This document shows positions 10,570-22,610 of a stretch of 64,000 nucleotides of DNA, piece by piece. The notes below the pieces were generated by a model, which had not been told where the DNA came from, did no database searches, and was given only the letters and a program-made list of their open reading frames with translations. The first letter of the stretch is position 1. The number at the start of each line of letters is the position of its first letter. The DNA is taken from NCBI GenBank assembly GCA_902594595.1, contig CACJMP010000004.1, positions 2,130-66,129 on the forward strand, in the 5' to 3' direction. The position numbers were made by a program, and so were the translations under genes. The stretch is from an uncultured Pelagibacteraceae bacterium (GTDB taxonomy: Bacteria; Pseudomonadota; Alphaproteobacteria; Pelagibacterales; Pelagibacteraceae).

Positions 10570-10999
10570 TATTTTTAGGTTCTATATTTGCAAGTGTCTC
10601 TTGGATATCTTTATTTTCAGCACATAATTTTTTACAAACTTTAGAAAAAGTTTTAGATAATTCTTTTACCTTTGAGTAATTAGATCTTTTTAGAGCAATT
10701 TTCATAGACATTAGTAAAGCTTCTTCGTTGCCAGGCTCTATAAGCAATGTCGCGTTCAAATTTTTTTCTTCTTTATCTTGATCATCTTGTTGATTATAGA
10801 TTTTTGCCAAATAAAGATATGAATTAGAGTCTTTTGGATTAAATACAATTCCCCTTTCAAACATAAATCGAGCATCCTCATATTTTTTATCTTTGTATAA
10901 CTTCAATCCTTTGTTAAAAAAATTTTCTTCTGCATAAGAATGGCTAAAAGTATTCAATGAAAAATAAAGCAGCAAAATTATTTTAGAAATTTTTTTCAT
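10559..10999 (-). CDS. Exported TPR protein
   Basis: Signal peptide and TPR helices (FNKGLKLY...[15 protein letters not shown]); coupled between guaB and guaA. Confidence 0.7.
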   Translation of the reverse strand: MKKISKIILLLYFSLNTFSHSYAEENFFNKGLKLYKDKKYEDARFMFERGIVFNPKDSNSYLYLAKIYNQQDDQDKEEKNLNATLLIEPGNEEALLMSMKIALKRSNYSKVKELSKTFSKVCKKLCAENKDIQETLANIEPKNNES

Positions 11000-12081
11000 T
11001 AGTACTTACTATCACTTTTAATAACATCAACATTATGGACCATGCTTTCATAAAATCCAGCTTTTGTAATTTTTACAAATTGTGGTTTACTTCTTAAATA
11101 TTTTATTTGTTTAGACCCAAGATAACCCATAGAGGATCTTAAACCACCAACTAATTTAAAAATAATTTTATCAACTTTACCCTTATATTTTGCCAATCCC
11201 TCAACTCCCTCAGGTACATACTTAGATTGATCCTTTTGTTTTGATTGAAAATATCTATCAGCTGATCCTTTGTTCATTGCCCCAACAGAACCCATTCCTC
11301 TAAAGCTTTTATATAATTTTCCATTTTTTTTTATAAGTTTGCCTGGAGTTTCATCTGTTCCTGCAAATAATGAACCTATCATCACTGCATCTGCCCCTGC
11401 TGCAAAAGCTTTAGCAAGGTCGCCAGAGTACTTTATTCCTCCATCAGAAATAATTTTTACATTTTTATTTTTAATGCCTCCTCTTACATTTAAAATTGCG
11501 CTCAATTGAGGAACTCCTATACCTGCTACTAATCTTGTTGTGCAGATTGAACCGGGACCAATACCAACTTTAATTACATCAACTCCTGCTTTAAGTAGAA
11601 ATTTTGCTGCCTCTGGTGTAGCTATATTCCCGGCACATAAAGCTGTTTTTTTATTTTTTTTCTTTTTTATTAAACTTATTATTTCAAAAACTTTTTTGCT
11701 GTGACCATGAGCTGTATCAACAACAATCATATCTAAATTTTCTTTTAACAGTGCTTCAGCTCTTTTGACTTCTCTAGGACCTGCGCCAACGGCAGCACCA
11801 ACTAATAAACTCAATTTTTTTACTTTTTTTACTTCACTAACTTGTTTCTTTATGTCTAAATTTCTGTGAATTATTCCTAAACCACCAGCTTTTGCTATTG
11901 CAATAGCCATTTTACTTTCTGTTACTGTATCCATTGCCGAAGATAAAAGTGGTATTTTAAGTTTCAGAAACTTAGTTAGCTTGATACTGGTGTCAGCTTC
12001 GGATGGCAATACTTCTGAGTACTTAGGAACTAAAGTAACATCATCAAAGGTTAGTGCTTCTTTTATAGGAACCATAATCAT
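10999..12081 (-). CDS. guaB: IMP dehydrogenase (lacks CBS subdomain)
   Basis: [47 protein letters not shown]; only 360 aa. Confidence 0.97.
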   Translation of the reverse strand: MIMVPIKEALTFDDVTLVPKYSEVLPSEADTSIKLTKFLKLKIPLLSSAMDTVTESKMAIAIAKAGGLGIIHRNLDIKKQVSEVKKVKKLSLLVGAAVGAGPREVKRAEALLKENLDMIVVDTAHGHSKKVFEIISLIKKKKNKKTALCAGNIATPEAAKFLLKAGVDVIKVGIGPGSICTTRLVAGIGVPQLSAILNVRGGIKNKNVKIISDGGIKYSGDLAKAFAAGADAVMIGSLFAGTDETPGKLIKKNGKLYKSFRGMGSVGAMNKGSADRYFQSKQKDQSKYVPEGVEGLAKYKGKVDKIIFKLVGGLRSSMGYLGSKQIKYLRSKPQFVKITKAGFYESMVHNVDVIKSDSKY

Positions 12082-12112
12082 TTATATATGATTCCTTTTA
12101 AAATAAAAGTAT

Positions 12113-12724
12113 CTATCTAAGATTTTTACAGATTATGAAACTTTCCTTTGAATCTTTTCGACTCGACCTAGGTTTGAAAATCTTCACTTCTTTGAAAATC
12201 TTTTTTCCAAGTGCGACAATTTCATTAAAAGAACTTCCCATAAATATTTTAGAAACAAAAATGCCCTTCTTAGACAGAAAATCTTTAGCAAATATCATTG
12301 CTTCTTTGCACAATTCACCAGTTTGAATTGCATCTAAATTTTTTATTCCAGTTGTATTAACCGCCATATCAGACAAAACAACATTAATTTCATCTTTAAA
12401 GTATTTTTTAATCTTAGATTGTGTCTTGAAATCAGTAAAATCGCCCTCTATTTGAATAGAGTTTTGTATATTCTCCATTTTTTTTAGATCAATTGAAATC
12501 AAAGTTCCATTTTTTACAACTTTAGAAACATACTGGGACCAGCTTCCAGGAGCTGCGCCAATATCTAAAACTGACATTTCATTTTGAAATATTTTAAACT
12601 TTTCATTAATTTCAATTAATTTATAAGCTGATCTTGCTCTATATCCGTCAACTTTAGATTGACGTACATATATATCTCGTTTTTGTTTATTAATCCAATT
12701 TTTTGAAATTTTATTTTTCTTCAA
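12113..12724 (-). CDS. rlmE: 23S rRNA Um2552 2'-O-methyltransferase
   Basis: GYRARSAYKLIEI, LDIGAAPGSWSQ, VLSDMA, KPRSSRKDSKE. Confidence 0.95.
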   Translation of the reverse strand: MKKNKISKNWINKQKRDIYVRQSKVDGYRARSAYKLIEINEKFKIFQNEMSVLDIGAAPGSWSQYVSKVVKNGTLISIDLKKMENIQNSIQIEGDFTDFKTQSKIKKYFKDEINVVLSDMAVNTTGIKNLDAIQTGELCKEAMIFAKDFLSKKGIFVSKIFMGSSFNEIVALGKKIFKEVKIFKPRSSRKDSKESFIICKNLR

Positions 12725-13633
12725 TTAATTATATCTTAGACTTTTTAAGATTTTTTTATTGTGTAAATTTTCTATTTCAATTTTTATACTTTTGTCTTGC
12801 CTCATATCTTTACCATCTTTCCAAATTCCAGCAGCTAGATGAATTATGCCAATTTTATAATTAGGTAAATAAGGCTCTACAAAGGTTTTTTGTTCATCAT
12901 CATATTTTGGAAGTAGATTGCTTGTAATCCAGTTGCAGTTCAATGGTAAAAATTCAGTGTCTAAATTATCAATGTAGACAGACATATTAATAGCTAAACC
13001 CTCTGATCCAAAAATATTTCCAGATTTTAATGTCTTGGTTAAATTATTTTGCCAGGATATCCATCCTTTAGAATTTTTTTCAAGAGAGAAAACACCAATA
13101 TTGATATGGGGTGCAAAGGCTAATTTTCTTGAGTCTTTATAGTTAATTCCTGATTTAACAGCATGTTTAAAGTTTTGTGATTTAATTACAGCTAATTTCC
13201 CAAGCAGCCAATTCACTCTTGAAGTAACTTTATACCCAGGACCTATCGTTTGAGTAATTCCCAACTTTCCATTCTCGCACGCCTTAAAATATAAATCTAT
13301 ACATTTCCAGTCATTAACCCAAGCGTCACAATCTATCCAAAGATATTTTTCATAATCAGGAAAATATTTTGGTAAAAATGCCCTTGATACCTGACTTTTT
13401 AGCCACTCTTTGCCATTGATTTTATGTTTAGGGACTTCTATGTCCCATTCAGCACTTTTAATTTCATCCACTGTTTTATTTAATTTTTCTTTTTGTTCAT
13501 TAGTTAAACCTGCATCTAAAATGCAAATAGCAACATTATCACTACCCTTGAACCTTTTAATTGATGCTATTAATTCTTCTAATAAAGGAAAATAATTAGA
13601 ATCAGCTAATGAAACAATTACATTTTTTTTCAT
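12725..13633 (-). CDS. GT-A fold glycosyltransferase (GT8-like)
   Basis: ADSNYF start, YEKYLWIDCDAWV (DxD), INIGVF, IIHLA. Confidence 0.7.
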   Translation of the reverse strand: MKKNVIVSLADSNYFPLLEELIASIKRFKGSDNVAICILDAGLTNEQKEKLNKTVDEIKSAEWDIEVPKHKINGKEWLKSQVSRAFLPKYFPDYEKYLWIDCDAWVNDWKCIDLYFKACENGKLGITQTIGPGYKVTSRVNWLLGKLAVIKSQNFKHAVKSGINYKDSRKLAFAPHINIGVFSLEKNSKGWISWQNNLTKTLKSGNIFGSEGLAINMSVYIDNLDTEFLPLNCNWITSNLLPKYDDEQKTFVEPYLPNYKIGIIHLAAGIWKDGKDMRQDKSIKIEIENLHNKKILKSLRYN

Positions 13634-14436
13634 TAAAGTACGTCTTCAAGGTCATCTTCGTCCTGAATTTTGTCCTTTTCATGTTTTTTTTTAATTTTTT
13701 GATAATGAAAATAGCTTACTGGTAACAAAATTAAATAAACCAAAGTACTAATTGCTATTATGTTAAAAGTATAGATCAGCAATAGTCCAAAAAATAAAAC
13801 AATCCCAAATAATAAAAATATTGTAGTTCTTCGTGGTATAACTATCTTTTTAAAAGAGTAACTTGGAAATTTACTTATTAGTAAAAAAGATGTTACAACA
13901 AAAAATATTGGAACAATTAAATCATAGTTTAATTTTATAAAATTAAATCCACTTAAGCTTATAATCAGTGGAGTCAAAACTAAAATTCCACCTGCTGGTG
14001 ATGGAACTCCTTCAAAAAAATTATCCCTCCAAGAGGGTTCTTGATTTGAATTAACATTAAATCTTGCTAGCCTCAATGCTACACAAATTACAAATACTAA
14101 ACAAAGTAACCAACCAAAACGGCCTAATGAATTTAATTTCCAAAAATACATTATAAAAGCTGGAGCAACACCAAAACTAATCATATCTGTAAGTGAGTCT
14201 AGTTCTTTACCAACTTTTGATGTACCTTTAATCAACCTAGCAATCCTTCCATCAAGACCATCAATTAAAGCAGCAAAAATAATTGCTATTATAGCGAATT
14301 CAAATCTTCCATCTAAAGCAAATCTAATTGATGTCAAACCTATGCAAACACCAATCAAGGTAAGCATATTTGGCAAAATCATCCTGGCTTTTTTTTTATC
14401 TGCCACTAATTTCAAATTATTTTTTGGTTGTTCCAT
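13633..14436 (-). CDS. pssA: CDP-diacylglycerol-serine O-phosphatidyltransferase
   Basis: PNMLT, DGLDGRIAR...GKELDSLTDMISFGVAPA, LRLARFN, FEGVPSPAG; next to psd. Confidence 0.92.
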   Translation of the reverse strand: MEQPKNNLKLVADKKKARMILPNMLTLIGVCIGLTSIRFALDGRFEFAIIAIIFAALIDGLDGRIARLIKGTSKVGKELDSLTDMISFGVAPAFIMYFWKLNSLGRFGWLLCLVFVICVALRLARFNVNSNQEPSWRDNFFEGVPSPAGGILVLTPLIISLSGFNFIKLNYDLIVPIFFVVTSFLLISKFPSYSFKKIVIPRRTTIFLLFGIVLFFGLLLIYTFNIIAISTLVYLILLPVSYFHYQKIKKKHEKDKIQDEDDLEDVL

Positions 14437-14437
14437 G

Positions 14438-15085
14438 TTATTTCTTAGCTAATAGCGTTTCACCTGAAATAGCTCTTTGACCAACTTTTACTAATGGTTC
14501 ATAATTTTCATAGTATATGTCAGCTCTACTTCCAAATCTTATCATCCCAACTCTTTCTCCTTGTTTGAGCTCTTGATCCTTACTAGCCTCACAAACAATT
14601 CTTCGAGCTACTAAACCAGCAATCTGGACTAAAATAATATCATTATTTTGATTGTCTTTAATTTTATAATAATTTCTTTCATTATCTTCGCTAGCTTTAT
14701 CAAAAGAAGCATTCAAAAATTTTCCTGGTTTATACAAAATTTCTTCAATCTTTCCAGCGCAAGGGGTTCTATTTACATGACAATCAAACACATTCATAAA
14801 AATACTTATTTTTCTAAATTTTTTGTTTTCTAAGTTAAGCTCCTTTGGTCCATCTATTTCTTCAACTTTAATAACCTCACCATCAGCTGGGCTCACCAGG
14901 TAATTGTCATCATCAATAGTAATTCTTTCAGGATCTCTAAAAAAATAATAAACCCAAATTGTTAATAGAAGACCGAGTAAAGCTAAAAAATCACTAAAAA
15001 TATAAAATACTATTGTGATTATTCCTGAGATAACTAAAAACTTATAGCCCTCAACGTGAATTTTTGGAAATATCTTGCTAAACAT
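14438..15085 (-). CDS. psd: Phosphatidylserine decarboxylase proenzyme
   Basis: FFRDPER, VSPADG, IFMNVFDCHVNR, QIAGLVARRI, RFGSR cleavage motif. Confidence 0.96.
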   Translation of the reverse strand: MFSKIFPKIHVEGYKFLVISGIITIVFYIFSDFLALLGLLLTIWVYYFFRDPERITIDDDNYLVSPADGEVIKVEEIDGPKELNLENKKFRKISIFMNVFDCHVNRTPCAGKIEEILYKPGKFLNASFDKASEDNERNYYKIKDNQNNDIILVQIAGLVARRIVCEASKDQELKQGERVGMIRFGSRADIYYENYEPLVKVGQRAISGETLLAKK

Positions 15086-15161
15086 ATTCTTCTATTTGAT
15101 AATTTTTCATTAATATGTATATAAAATCGCGAAATTCAATTAATAAGATATATATAAATAA

Positions 15162-16376
15162 GTGAGTAAAATTAACATTAAAAACCCTGTTGTTGAGTTA
15201 GATGGGGATGAGATGACTAGAATCATCTGGGAATTTATTAAAAATAAATTAATTCTCCCATATCTAGATCTTGGCATAGAATATTATGACCTTGGTATGA
15301 AAAGCAGAGATGATACCAACGATCAAATTACAATAGACTCAGCAAACGCAATCAAAAAAATTGGGGTAGGTATAAAATGTGCCACCATAACTCCTGACGA
15401 GGCGAGGGTGAAAGAGTTTGATTTAAAAAAAATGTGGAGATCTCCAAATGGTACTATAAGAAATATTATCGGTGGGACTGTTTTTAGAGAACCAATAATT
15501 TGTTCAAATATTCCAAAATTAGTTCCATCATGGACTGACCCTGTTGTTATTGGAAGACATGCCTTTGGTGATCAGTACCGTGCCACTGACTTTAAAGTTC
15601 CTGGAAAAGGTAAAATGGAAGTAAAATGGACTTCAGAGGATGGTAAAGATGAAATTAGATATGAAGTATTTAATTTTACTGGGCCTGGAGTTGCGTTATC
15701 AATGTATAATTTAGATAAATCAATAGAAGACTTTGCAAGATCTTGTTTTAGTTATGGGCTGATAAAAAAATGGCCTGTTTATATGTCTACAAAAAATACT
15801 ATTTTAAAAAAATATGATGGAAGATTTAAAGATATATTTCAAGAAGTTTTTGACAAAGAATATAAAAAAGATTTTGAGAAACATAATTTAACTTACGAAC
15901 ATAGACTAATTGACGATATGGTAGCGTGTGCAATGAAATGGAGTGGAAAATATATTTGGGCTTGTAAAAATTATGATGGTGATGTCCAATCTGATACCAT
16001 GGCCCAAGGTTATGGATCTTTAGGATTAATGACAAGCACATTGTTGACACCAGATGGGAAAATTATGGAAGCTGAGGCTGCACACGGGACTGTGACCAGA
16101 CACTATCGTTTACACCAACAAGGAAAAGAAACTTCAACAAATCCAATCGCATCAATATTTGCTTGGACTAGAGGTTTAGCTCATAGGGGTAAATTAGATG
16201 GAAATAATGAGTTAATAAAATTTGCAAATACTCTTGAACAAGTTTGTATTAATTGCGTTGAAAGTGGATCAATGACTAAAGACCTTGCAATATTAGTAGG
16301 TCCATCAAGTAAATATCTCACAACCAATCAATTTTTAGATGCAATTTCTAATAATCTTAGGAAGAAATTAAATTAA
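15162..16376 (+). CDS. icd: NADP-dependent isocitrate dehydrogenase
   Basis: [50 protein letters not shown]; GTG start. Confidence 0.99.
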   Translation: MSKINIKNPVVELDGDEMTRIIWEFIKNKLILPYLDLGIEYYDLGMKSRDDTNDQITIDSANAIKKIGVGIKCATITPDEARVKEFDLKKMWRSPNGTIRNIIGGTVFREPIICSNIPKLVPSWTDPVVIGRHAFGDQYRATDFKVPGKGKMEVKWTSEDGKDEIRYEVFNFTGPGVALSMYNLDKSIEDFARSCFSYGLIKKWPVYMSTKNTILKKYDGRFKDIFQEVFDKEYKKDFEKHNLTYEHRLIDDMVACAMKWSGKYIWACKNYDGDVQSDTMAQGYGSLGLMTSTLLTPDGKIMEAEAAHGTVTRHYRLHQQGKETSTNPIASIFAWTRGLAHRGKLDGNNELIKFANTLEQVCINCVESGSMTKDLAILVGPSSKYLTTNQFLDAISNNLRKKLN

Positions 16377-19034
16377 AGATTTAATTTTTTCAAAAGCCTC
16401 ATCAATTTTGTCTTGGTCTTGTCCACCTGCTTGAGCGAAATCTTTTCTCCCACCACCACCTGTTCCACCAATGATTTCAGAACCTAATTTTGCAAATTTT
16501 ACCGCATCATATTTTTCAGTTAATTTATTAGTTATACCAACCCCTAAACCAACTTTACCATCACTACTTGCAAATATTACTACAATACCTTCACCTAATT
16601 CTTTTTTACCACTATCAACTAATTTTCTTAAATCTTTTGGCGGCAAATCTTTAACTTTTTGAAATCTAACTTTAATTTTATTGATTTCTTGATCTTTTAT
16701 AATATTTTTTGTCTTATCTTTAAGAACTGAACTAACATTTAATTGTTCAAGCTGTCTGGTAAGATTTTTTATAAGTTCTTTAAGATTTTCATTTTCAATA
16801 TTTGGTTTGCCGCCAAGCTTTATTATTTGAGCTGATAATTCTTTTATGGTCTCTTCATCTTTCTGAATTGATAATGATGAAATTTTTTCTCTATTTTTAA
16901 TATATTCTTCTAGTTGACTGTCTCTTAAAGCCTCTACTCTTCTTACTCCCGCAGCTATAGATGATTGACTTACTGTCTTAAATTTTCCAATATCTCCCGT
17001 ATTTTTGACATGAGTTCCTCCACACAATTCTGTTGAAAAATAAGCTTCTTTTTCTTTACCCATTGAAACTACACGAACTTCTTCACCATACTTTTCACCA
17101 AAAAAAGCTAGGGCCCCTTTTTCAATAGCGGCTTTTGGTGTCATAATTCTTGTTGTTACCTCAGAACTATTTGAAACATATTCATTAACCAACTTATCGA
17201 TAGTCTCTAACTCCTCATTGGTAATTGGTTTCATATGACTGAAGTCAAATCTTAGTCTGTCAGGTGCAACTAATGATCCTTTTTGCATAACATGTTTGCC
17301 TAAAGTTCTTCTTAGTGACTCGTGGAGCAAGTGAGTAGCAGAATGGTAAGCTTTCAAGTTATCTCTTCTCTTTATGTCTATTTTCATTTCCACCACATCA
17401 TTAATTTTTATTTCTCCAGTTTTCAAAGATCCGTAATGAACAAATAAGTCTCCAAGTTTTTTTTGTGTATCATCTACTTCAAAAACAGAATTACCAGAAA
17501 CAATTGTACCTTTATCTCCAAGTTGTCCTCCAGACTCGCCATAAAACGGCGTTTGATTTGTAATGATCATTCCCTCTTGCCCAGAAGATAAAGATTTTAT
17601 TTCTTTGTTATCTTTAATTAAGTTTAACACAACACCCTCAGACCGATTGGATTCATAACCTAAAAATTCTGTTGGACCAGTTTTGTCTTTAATTGAAAAC
17701 CAAATTGCCTCTTCAGAACTATCACCAGAACCTTTCCAGTTCTTTTTTGCAATCTCTTTACTTTTTTTCATTAATTCATCAAACTTCTGTTGATCAACTT
17801 TCAAAGATTTATTCTTTAAAATGTCTTCAGTAAGATCTAATGGAAAACCATAAGTGTCGTATAGTTTAAAAGCGACATCACCAGGTAAAACTTTATCGAT
17901 TTTTGCAATTTCATCATTTAAAATTTTGATACCTCTATCAAGTAAATCTAAAAATTTTTCTTCTTCCATCCTTAAGGTTTCTTTGATTAAAGATTGAGAT
18001 CTTTCAAGCTCCGGGTAATTTCCTGACATCTCGTTTTTTAAGGAGTCAAAAATTTTATAAAAAATTGGTTCTTTAGATCCTAACAAATGAGAATGTCTCA
18101 TTCCTCTTCTCATAATTCTTCTCAGAACATATCCACGACCTTCATTTGAGGGTAAAACTCCTTCAGCCAAAAGAAATGAGCTTGCTCTTAAATGATCAGC
18201 AATTACTCTAAAACTCGATATATTTTTATCCTCTTGTTTAACTTTTGTTACCTCAGATATCGAGCTTATTAATTTTTTAAAATGATCAGTTTGATAATTA
18301 TCATGTGTACCTTGTAAAAGAGCTGCGATTCTCTCGAGTCCCATCCCTGTATCAACTGATGGTTTTGGTAAATCTATTCTTTTTTCTTTTGAAACTTGCT
18401 CATACTGCATAAAGACTAAATTCCAAATTTCAATAAAACGGTCTCCATCTTGATCTTTGGTTCCTGGCAATCCACCTTTTAAATGATCACCATGATCGTA
18501 AAATATTTCTGAACAAGGACCACAGGGACCAGTTTCACCCATTGACCAGAAATTATCTGATGTTGAAATTCTTATAATTCTATCATCACTAAAACCCGCT
18601 ATTTTCTTCCAAAAATTAAAAGCCTCATCATCTTCATGAAAAACAGTTACATAAAGCCTGTTTTTATCTAAACCAAAATCTTTAGTGATTAAATTCCATG
18701 CGAGTTCAATTCCTCTTTCTTTAAAATAATCCCCAAAAGAAAAGTTACCCAACATTTCAAAGAAAGTATGGTGTCTTGGTGTATAACCAACATTTTCCAA
18801 ATCATTATGTTTACCACCTGCTCTAACACATTTTTGAGATGTAGTAGCCCTTTGATAATCTCTTTTTTCTAAACCAGTGAATACATTTTTAAACTGGACC
18901 ATTCCAGAATTGGCAAACATTAAGGTTGGATCGTTATTTGGAACTAAATTACTAGATTCAACAATCTTATGATCGTTTTTCTCGAAATATTTGAGAAATG
19001 TACTTCTTATTCCATTTAATGATTTGTCCGCCAT
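16368..19034 (-). CDS. alaS: Alanine-tRNA ligase
   Basis: [66 protein letters not shown]. Confidence 0.99.
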   Translation of the reverse strand: MADKSLNGIRSTFLKYFEKNDHKIVESSNLVPNNDPTLMFANSGMVQFKNVFTGLEKRDYQRATTSQKCVRAGGKHNDLENVGYTPRHHTFFEMLGNFSFGDYFKERGIELAWNLITKDFGLDKNRLYVTVFHEDDEAFNFWKKIAGFSDDRIIRISTSDNFWSMGETGPCGPCSEIFYDHGDHLKGGLPGTKDQDGDRFIEIWNLVFMQYEQVSKEKRIDLPKPSVDTGMGLERIAALLQGTHDNYQTDHFKKLISSISEVTKVKQEDKNISSFRVIADHLRASSFLLAEGVLPSNEGRGYVLRRIMRRGMRHSHLLGSKEPIFYKIFDSLKNEMSGNYPELERSQSLIKETLRMEEEKFLDLLDRGIKILNDEIAKIDKVLPGDVAFKLYDTYGFPLDLTEDILKNKSLKVDQQKFDELMKKSKEIAKKNWKGSGDSSEEAIWFSIKDKTGPTEFLGYESNRSEGVVLNLIKDNKEIKSLSSGQEGMIITNQTPFYGESGGQLGDKGTIVSGNSVFEVDDTQKKLGDLFVHYGSLKTGEIKINDVVEMKIDIKRRDNLKAYHSATHLLHESLRRTLGKHVMQKGSLVAPDRLRFDFSHMKPITNEELETIDKLVNEYVSNSSEVTTRIMTPKAAIEKGALAFFGEKYGEEVRVVSMGKEKEAYFSTELCGGTHVKNTGDIGKFKTVSQSSIAAGVRRVEALRDSQLEEYIKNREKISSLSIQKDEETIKELSAQIIKLGGKPNIENENLKELIKNLTRQLEQLNVSSVLKDKTKNIIKDQEINKIKVRFQKVKDLPPKDLRKLVDSGKKELGEGIVVIFASSDGKVGLGVGITNKLTEKYDAVKFAKLGSEIIGGTGGGGRKDFAQAGGQDQDKIDEAFEKIKSLI

Positions 19035-19084
19035 ATTTTTAAAATACAGCTTTTTTGTTCTATGTCTAGATAACGATAAGGGGG

Positions 19085-19109
19085 AAAGGCGCTTGTAGTA
19101 AGCGCCTTT
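19085..19109 (-). terminator. GC-rich hairpin downstream of recA (probable terminator)
   Basis: AAAGGCGCTT-GTAGT-AAGCGCCTTT perfect 10-bp stem, 24 nt after the recA stop; short U tract. Confidence 0.7.
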
Positions 19110-19133
19110 ATAATTTAAAGATGACCTTTAATT

Positions 19134-20282
19134 CTAGTTCTTTTTAGAAGGAGCAGTCTCTTTTGCAGCCTCTTCTTTTTCGGCTACTTTCTTCTCCTTT
19201 TCAATTTTTTCAGGACTTAATGGATTTCCTTCAATTTTCTTTGAAATCACACCAGCTTTTTCTCTAATTGCCATTTCTATTTCTGCAGCAACTTTAGGGT
19301 TTTGTGCAAGATAAGTTTTTGCATTTTCTCTGCCTTGTCCAATTTTCTCGCCTTTATAAGCATACCAAGCTCCTGATTTTTCAATGATGTCAGCTTTAGC
19401 ACCTAGATCGACTAACTCACCCATTTTGCTAATACCTCTTCCATACATCAAATCAAACTCGACAACTTTAAATGGTGGTGCAACTTTATTCTTAACTACT
19501 TTTACTCTTGTAGTATTTCCGATAATTTCATCTTTATCTTTGATGGCACCAATTCTTCTAATGTCCATTCTTACAGATGAATAAAACTTAAGTGCATTTC
19601 CTCCTGATGTTGTTTCAGGACTTCCAAACATAACTCCAATTTTCATTCTGATTTGGTTAATGAAAATCATCATTGTGTTTGTATTTGAAATTGAACCAGT
19701 CAATTTTCTTAAAGCCTGGCTCATTAATCTTGACTGAAGACCAACATGATGATCTCCCATTTCTCCTTCAATTTCAGCTTTTGGAGTTAAAGCTGCAACA
19801 GAGTCAATTACGATAACTGAAATAGAGCCTGATTTTACTAGTGTATCTGCTATTTCTAAAGCTTGTTCACCAGCATCTGGTTGTGAAATTAAAAGCTCCT
19901 CAGTATTTACGCCTAATTTTTTTGCATAAACTGGATCTAAAGCATGCTCTGCATCAACGAATGCACAAATTCCACCTGCTTTTTGTGCTTCAGCAACAAC
20001 TTGTAATGCTAATGTTGTTTTTCCAGAAGACTCTGGTCCATAAACTTCAATAATTCTTCCTTTAGGTAATCCACCTATTCCCAAAGCTAGATCTAAACTC
20101 AAAGAACCTGTAGATATTGACTCAATATCCATGGCTCTTTTTTCGCCAAGCTTCATAACTGAACCTTTTCCAAAGTTGTCTGTTATTTGACTGATCGCAG
20201 CATCTAATGCTTTGTTTTTTTCTTTAATATCCATTTCTTGATCTTTGGTAGATTTAACTACCTTTAGGTTATTTTTCGTCAT
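19134..20282 (-). CDS. recA: Recombinase A
   Basis: [55 protein letters not shown]. Confidence 0.99.
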   Translation of the reverse strand: MTKNNLKVVKSTKDQEMDIKEKNKALDAAISQITDNFGKGSVMKLGEKRAMDIESISTGSLSLDLALGIGGLPKGRIIEVYGPESSGKTTLALQVVAEAQKAGGICAFVDAEHALDPVYAKKLGVNTEELLISQPDAGEQALEIADTLVKSGSISVIVIDSVAALTPKAEIEGEMGDHHVGLQSRLMSQALRKLTGSISNTNTMMIFINQIRMKIGVMFGSPETTSGGNALKFYSSVRMDIRRIGAIKDKDEIIGNTTRVKVVKNKVAPPFKVVEFDLMYGRGISKMGELVDLGAKADIIEKSGAWYAYKGEKIGQGRENAKTYLAQNPKVAAEIEMAIREKAGVISKKIEGNPLSPEKIEKEKKVAEKEEAAKETAPSKKN

Positions 20283-20331
20283 TTTTAGCCCTTTTTTTTA
20301 ATTTTTTTAACACTCGAATCATAAAATAAAT

Positions 20332-20346
20332 GTACACATTTTGTTC
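20332..20346 (-). promoter_or_regulatory. Alphaproteobacterial LexA (SOS) box in the recA promoter
   Basis: Minus strand GAAC-AAAATGT-GTAC (GAAC-N7-GTAC), lying between candidate -35 TTGCCA and -10 TACATT (16-nt spacer) and overlapping the -10. Confidence 0.85.
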
Positions 20347-20389
20347 TCATTGGCAAGATCTATTTTAAATCTTACAAAAAGGTCAATAC

Positions 20390-21685
20390 TTATTGGATTT
20401 TTAGATAATCGCTTGTCAATAAACCGACTGATCTTAAAAGATTAAACTGTGAAAGAATATAATTTCTTTCAGAATCAGCTAATGAAATCTGAGCATTTAA
20501 TAGTAACGAATTAGACTGAATAACCTCTAATGTTGTTCTATCAGAACCACTATTATATTCAGCAACAATACCTTCGTTTGCTATTTCAGCAGCATCTACT
20601 TGAGCTCGAACTGAATTTAGTAAACTTTGATTTGATTGATATGATGACCAAGCACTAGCAACATCTGTTTGATTTTTTTTAATAGAATTATCTAATAATA
20701 AGCTTTTTTGTAATTCAGCACTTTTATTTTTATTTAGATTTGCATAATTTTTTCCCCCAGAAAAGAAAGGCCAAGTTACAGTTGCTTTTAACACATCTTT
20801 TTCCTTTTCATCAACTGTCGAACTTAAGTCTTCCGATTTTGATCTGTCAAAAGATAATTTAGCTGTTGGAGCTAAATCGGATCTAGCACTAATCGTATCT
20901 TTTTTTGATTGCTCATAATCAAGTTTTGCGATGATTAAATCAGGATTATTTTTTTTTGACATACTAATTGCATCATTCAATTGATTTGGTAAGTTTAAAT
21001 CAAAAATTGAATTTTTATCTAAACTTTCAATATCATTTAATTCTCCAATTATATTTTCATAATTTAACCTACTAGTTAAGAGTTCATTCTCTGCTTGAAT
21101 TAATTTAGCTTGAGCTCCTGCCAATGACGACTCTGACTGAGCGACATCAGATAAAGATATATTTCCTCTTTCTAGTCTTATTCTGTCAGTCTCGACTTGT
21201 CTTTCTAACAAATTTACATTTGATGAATTGATAACGAATTTTTCTTTAGAGGAAATTAGTCCTGTGTAGGCCTCTACAGCTTTATATAAGATATCTTGTT
21301 CTTTTCTCTTAAGTTTTGCTTTAGCTAAATCAATTCCAATTTTACTTTTTGATAATTCAGCACCCCTTCCGAAATCAATAAGAGTTTGTGTTACTTTAAT
21401 AGATTTTGTTTCAGGGTCGACATCAGTAATAGTAGCATTTGAACCATCTCTATTAGTAAGTTTTTCTGTATCCTCCTCACTTTTACTACCCTCTAAAGTA
21501 ATTGATGGAAGATAGGAGCTTATCGAAATTTTGTACTCTTCCTCAGAAATATTAATACTTTCTCTTTCTGCATTTAATTCTGGATTATTTTCATAAGCTC
21601 TTTTCAAAGCAGAATTAAAAGTTTCTGCGAGAGCAGGGCTACAAGAAAAAATAAAGATCAAAATAAATTTAAAAAAAAATTTCAT
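20390..21685 (-). CDS. tolC: TolC family outer membrane protein
   Basis: Signal peptide, AYENNPEL, YLPSITL, QTLIDFG, PFFSGG, RTTLEVI repeats of the OEP family. Confidence 0.9.
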   Translation of the reverse strand: MKFFFKFILIFIFSCSPALAETFNSALKRAYENNPELNAERESINISEEEYKISISSYLPSITLEGSKSEEDTEKLTNRDGSNATITDVDPETKSIKVTQTLIDFGRGAELSKSKIGIDLAKAKLKRKEQDILYKAVEAYTGLISSKEKFVINSSNVNLLERQVETDRIRLERGNISLSDVAQSESSLAGAQAKLIQAENELLTSRLNYENIIGELNDIESLDKNSIFDLNLPNQLNDAISMSKKNNPDLIIAKLDYEQSKKDTISARSDLAPTAKLSFDRSKSEDLSSTVDEKEKDVLKATVTWPFFSGGKNYANLNKNKSAELQKSLLLDNSIKKNQTDVASAWSSYQSNQSLLNSVRAQVDAAEIANEGIVAEYNSGSDRTTLEVIQSNSLLLNAQISLADSERNYILSQFNLLRSVGLLTSDYLKIQ

Positions 21686-22605
21686 TATTTTTTATATACA
21701 GCAGATTTAATTTGATGGTTACTATTTAAATTGAATATTACTGATGCATATTTAGGCATATTTCTAAACATATTTTGAGTAATTCTTTGATAAGTTTGCA
21801 TAAAATTTAATACATCTCCTCTACTCATTATTTTTGATTGTACTTTGCTTTGAACCCAAAGTTTCCTCTCTTGTTTTAATCTCCATTTTTGTAACAAACT
21901 AAAATTTTTTGCTTTTAGATAAACTAAGCAATTTAATTGTGAATATAAATTTTTATATTTTGATTTTAATTGGTTGTTAACATATTTTCTCCAAATCTGT
22001 TTTTGGTCTTTTGCCTTTTCCAATGAATTAATTGTTTTCTTTAAAGTATTATTTTTTTCTGATTTTGCACCAACACACCATCCCTCAAAAATAATTACAT
22101 CTGGTCTCTTTTTTAAATCGTACCATTTCTTTTTATTATACCTGTCGTCAATAGCTTTATTAAATGTTGGTAATTTTAATCTTTTAAATTTCTTACTTTT
22201 TGACTTTCTAAAGAAATTCAGCATCATATTAATGTCATGTGTTCCAGGTACACCTCTAGTTAAAAGCATAGGATGCACTTTTTTTGATAAATTTATTCGC
22301 TCTTTTCTTGTTTTATAGAAGTCATCTATTGAAATTCTAAAAACATTTAATTTAAAGTATTTTGTTAATATAATTCTGATTAAAGAACTAATTGTGGTTT
22401 TACCAGTTCCTTGTCCTCCTGCTAATCCTACAAAATACGGTTTTTTTTTATCAGCTTTTTCACTGATCCAAAAACATAGAGGAATTAAGAAAGATTTAAT
22501 CATCCTTTCTTTATTTTTGAATTTATCAGCTTTTGTCTCTTGAGATTTAATGAACTTTAAACAGTCTTTTTTTACCCTACCAAAGCATAAACTAAATTGT
22601 TGCAT
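21685..22605 (-). CDS. P-loop kinase, D-glycerate 3-kinase (GLYK)-like
   Basis: GGQGTGKTT, SIDDFY, RGVPGTHD, FEGWCVGA, WRLKQE. Confidence 0.75.
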   Translation of the reverse strand: MQQFSLCFGRVKKDCLKFIKSQETKADKFKNKERMIKSFLIPLCFWISEKADKKKPYFVGLAGGQGTGKTTISSLIRIILTKYFKLNVFRISIDDFYKTRKERINLSKKVHPMLLTRGVPGTHDINMMLNFFRKSKSKKFKRLKLPTFNKAIDDRYNKKKWYDLKKRPDVIIFEGWCVGAKSEKNNTLKKTINSLEKAKDQKQIWRKYVNNQLKSKYKNLYSQLNCLVYLKAKNFSLLQKWRLKQERKLWVQSKVQSKIMSRGDVLNFMQTYQRITQNMFRNMPKYASVIFNLNSNHQIKSAVYKK

Positions 22606-22610
22606 GAAAA

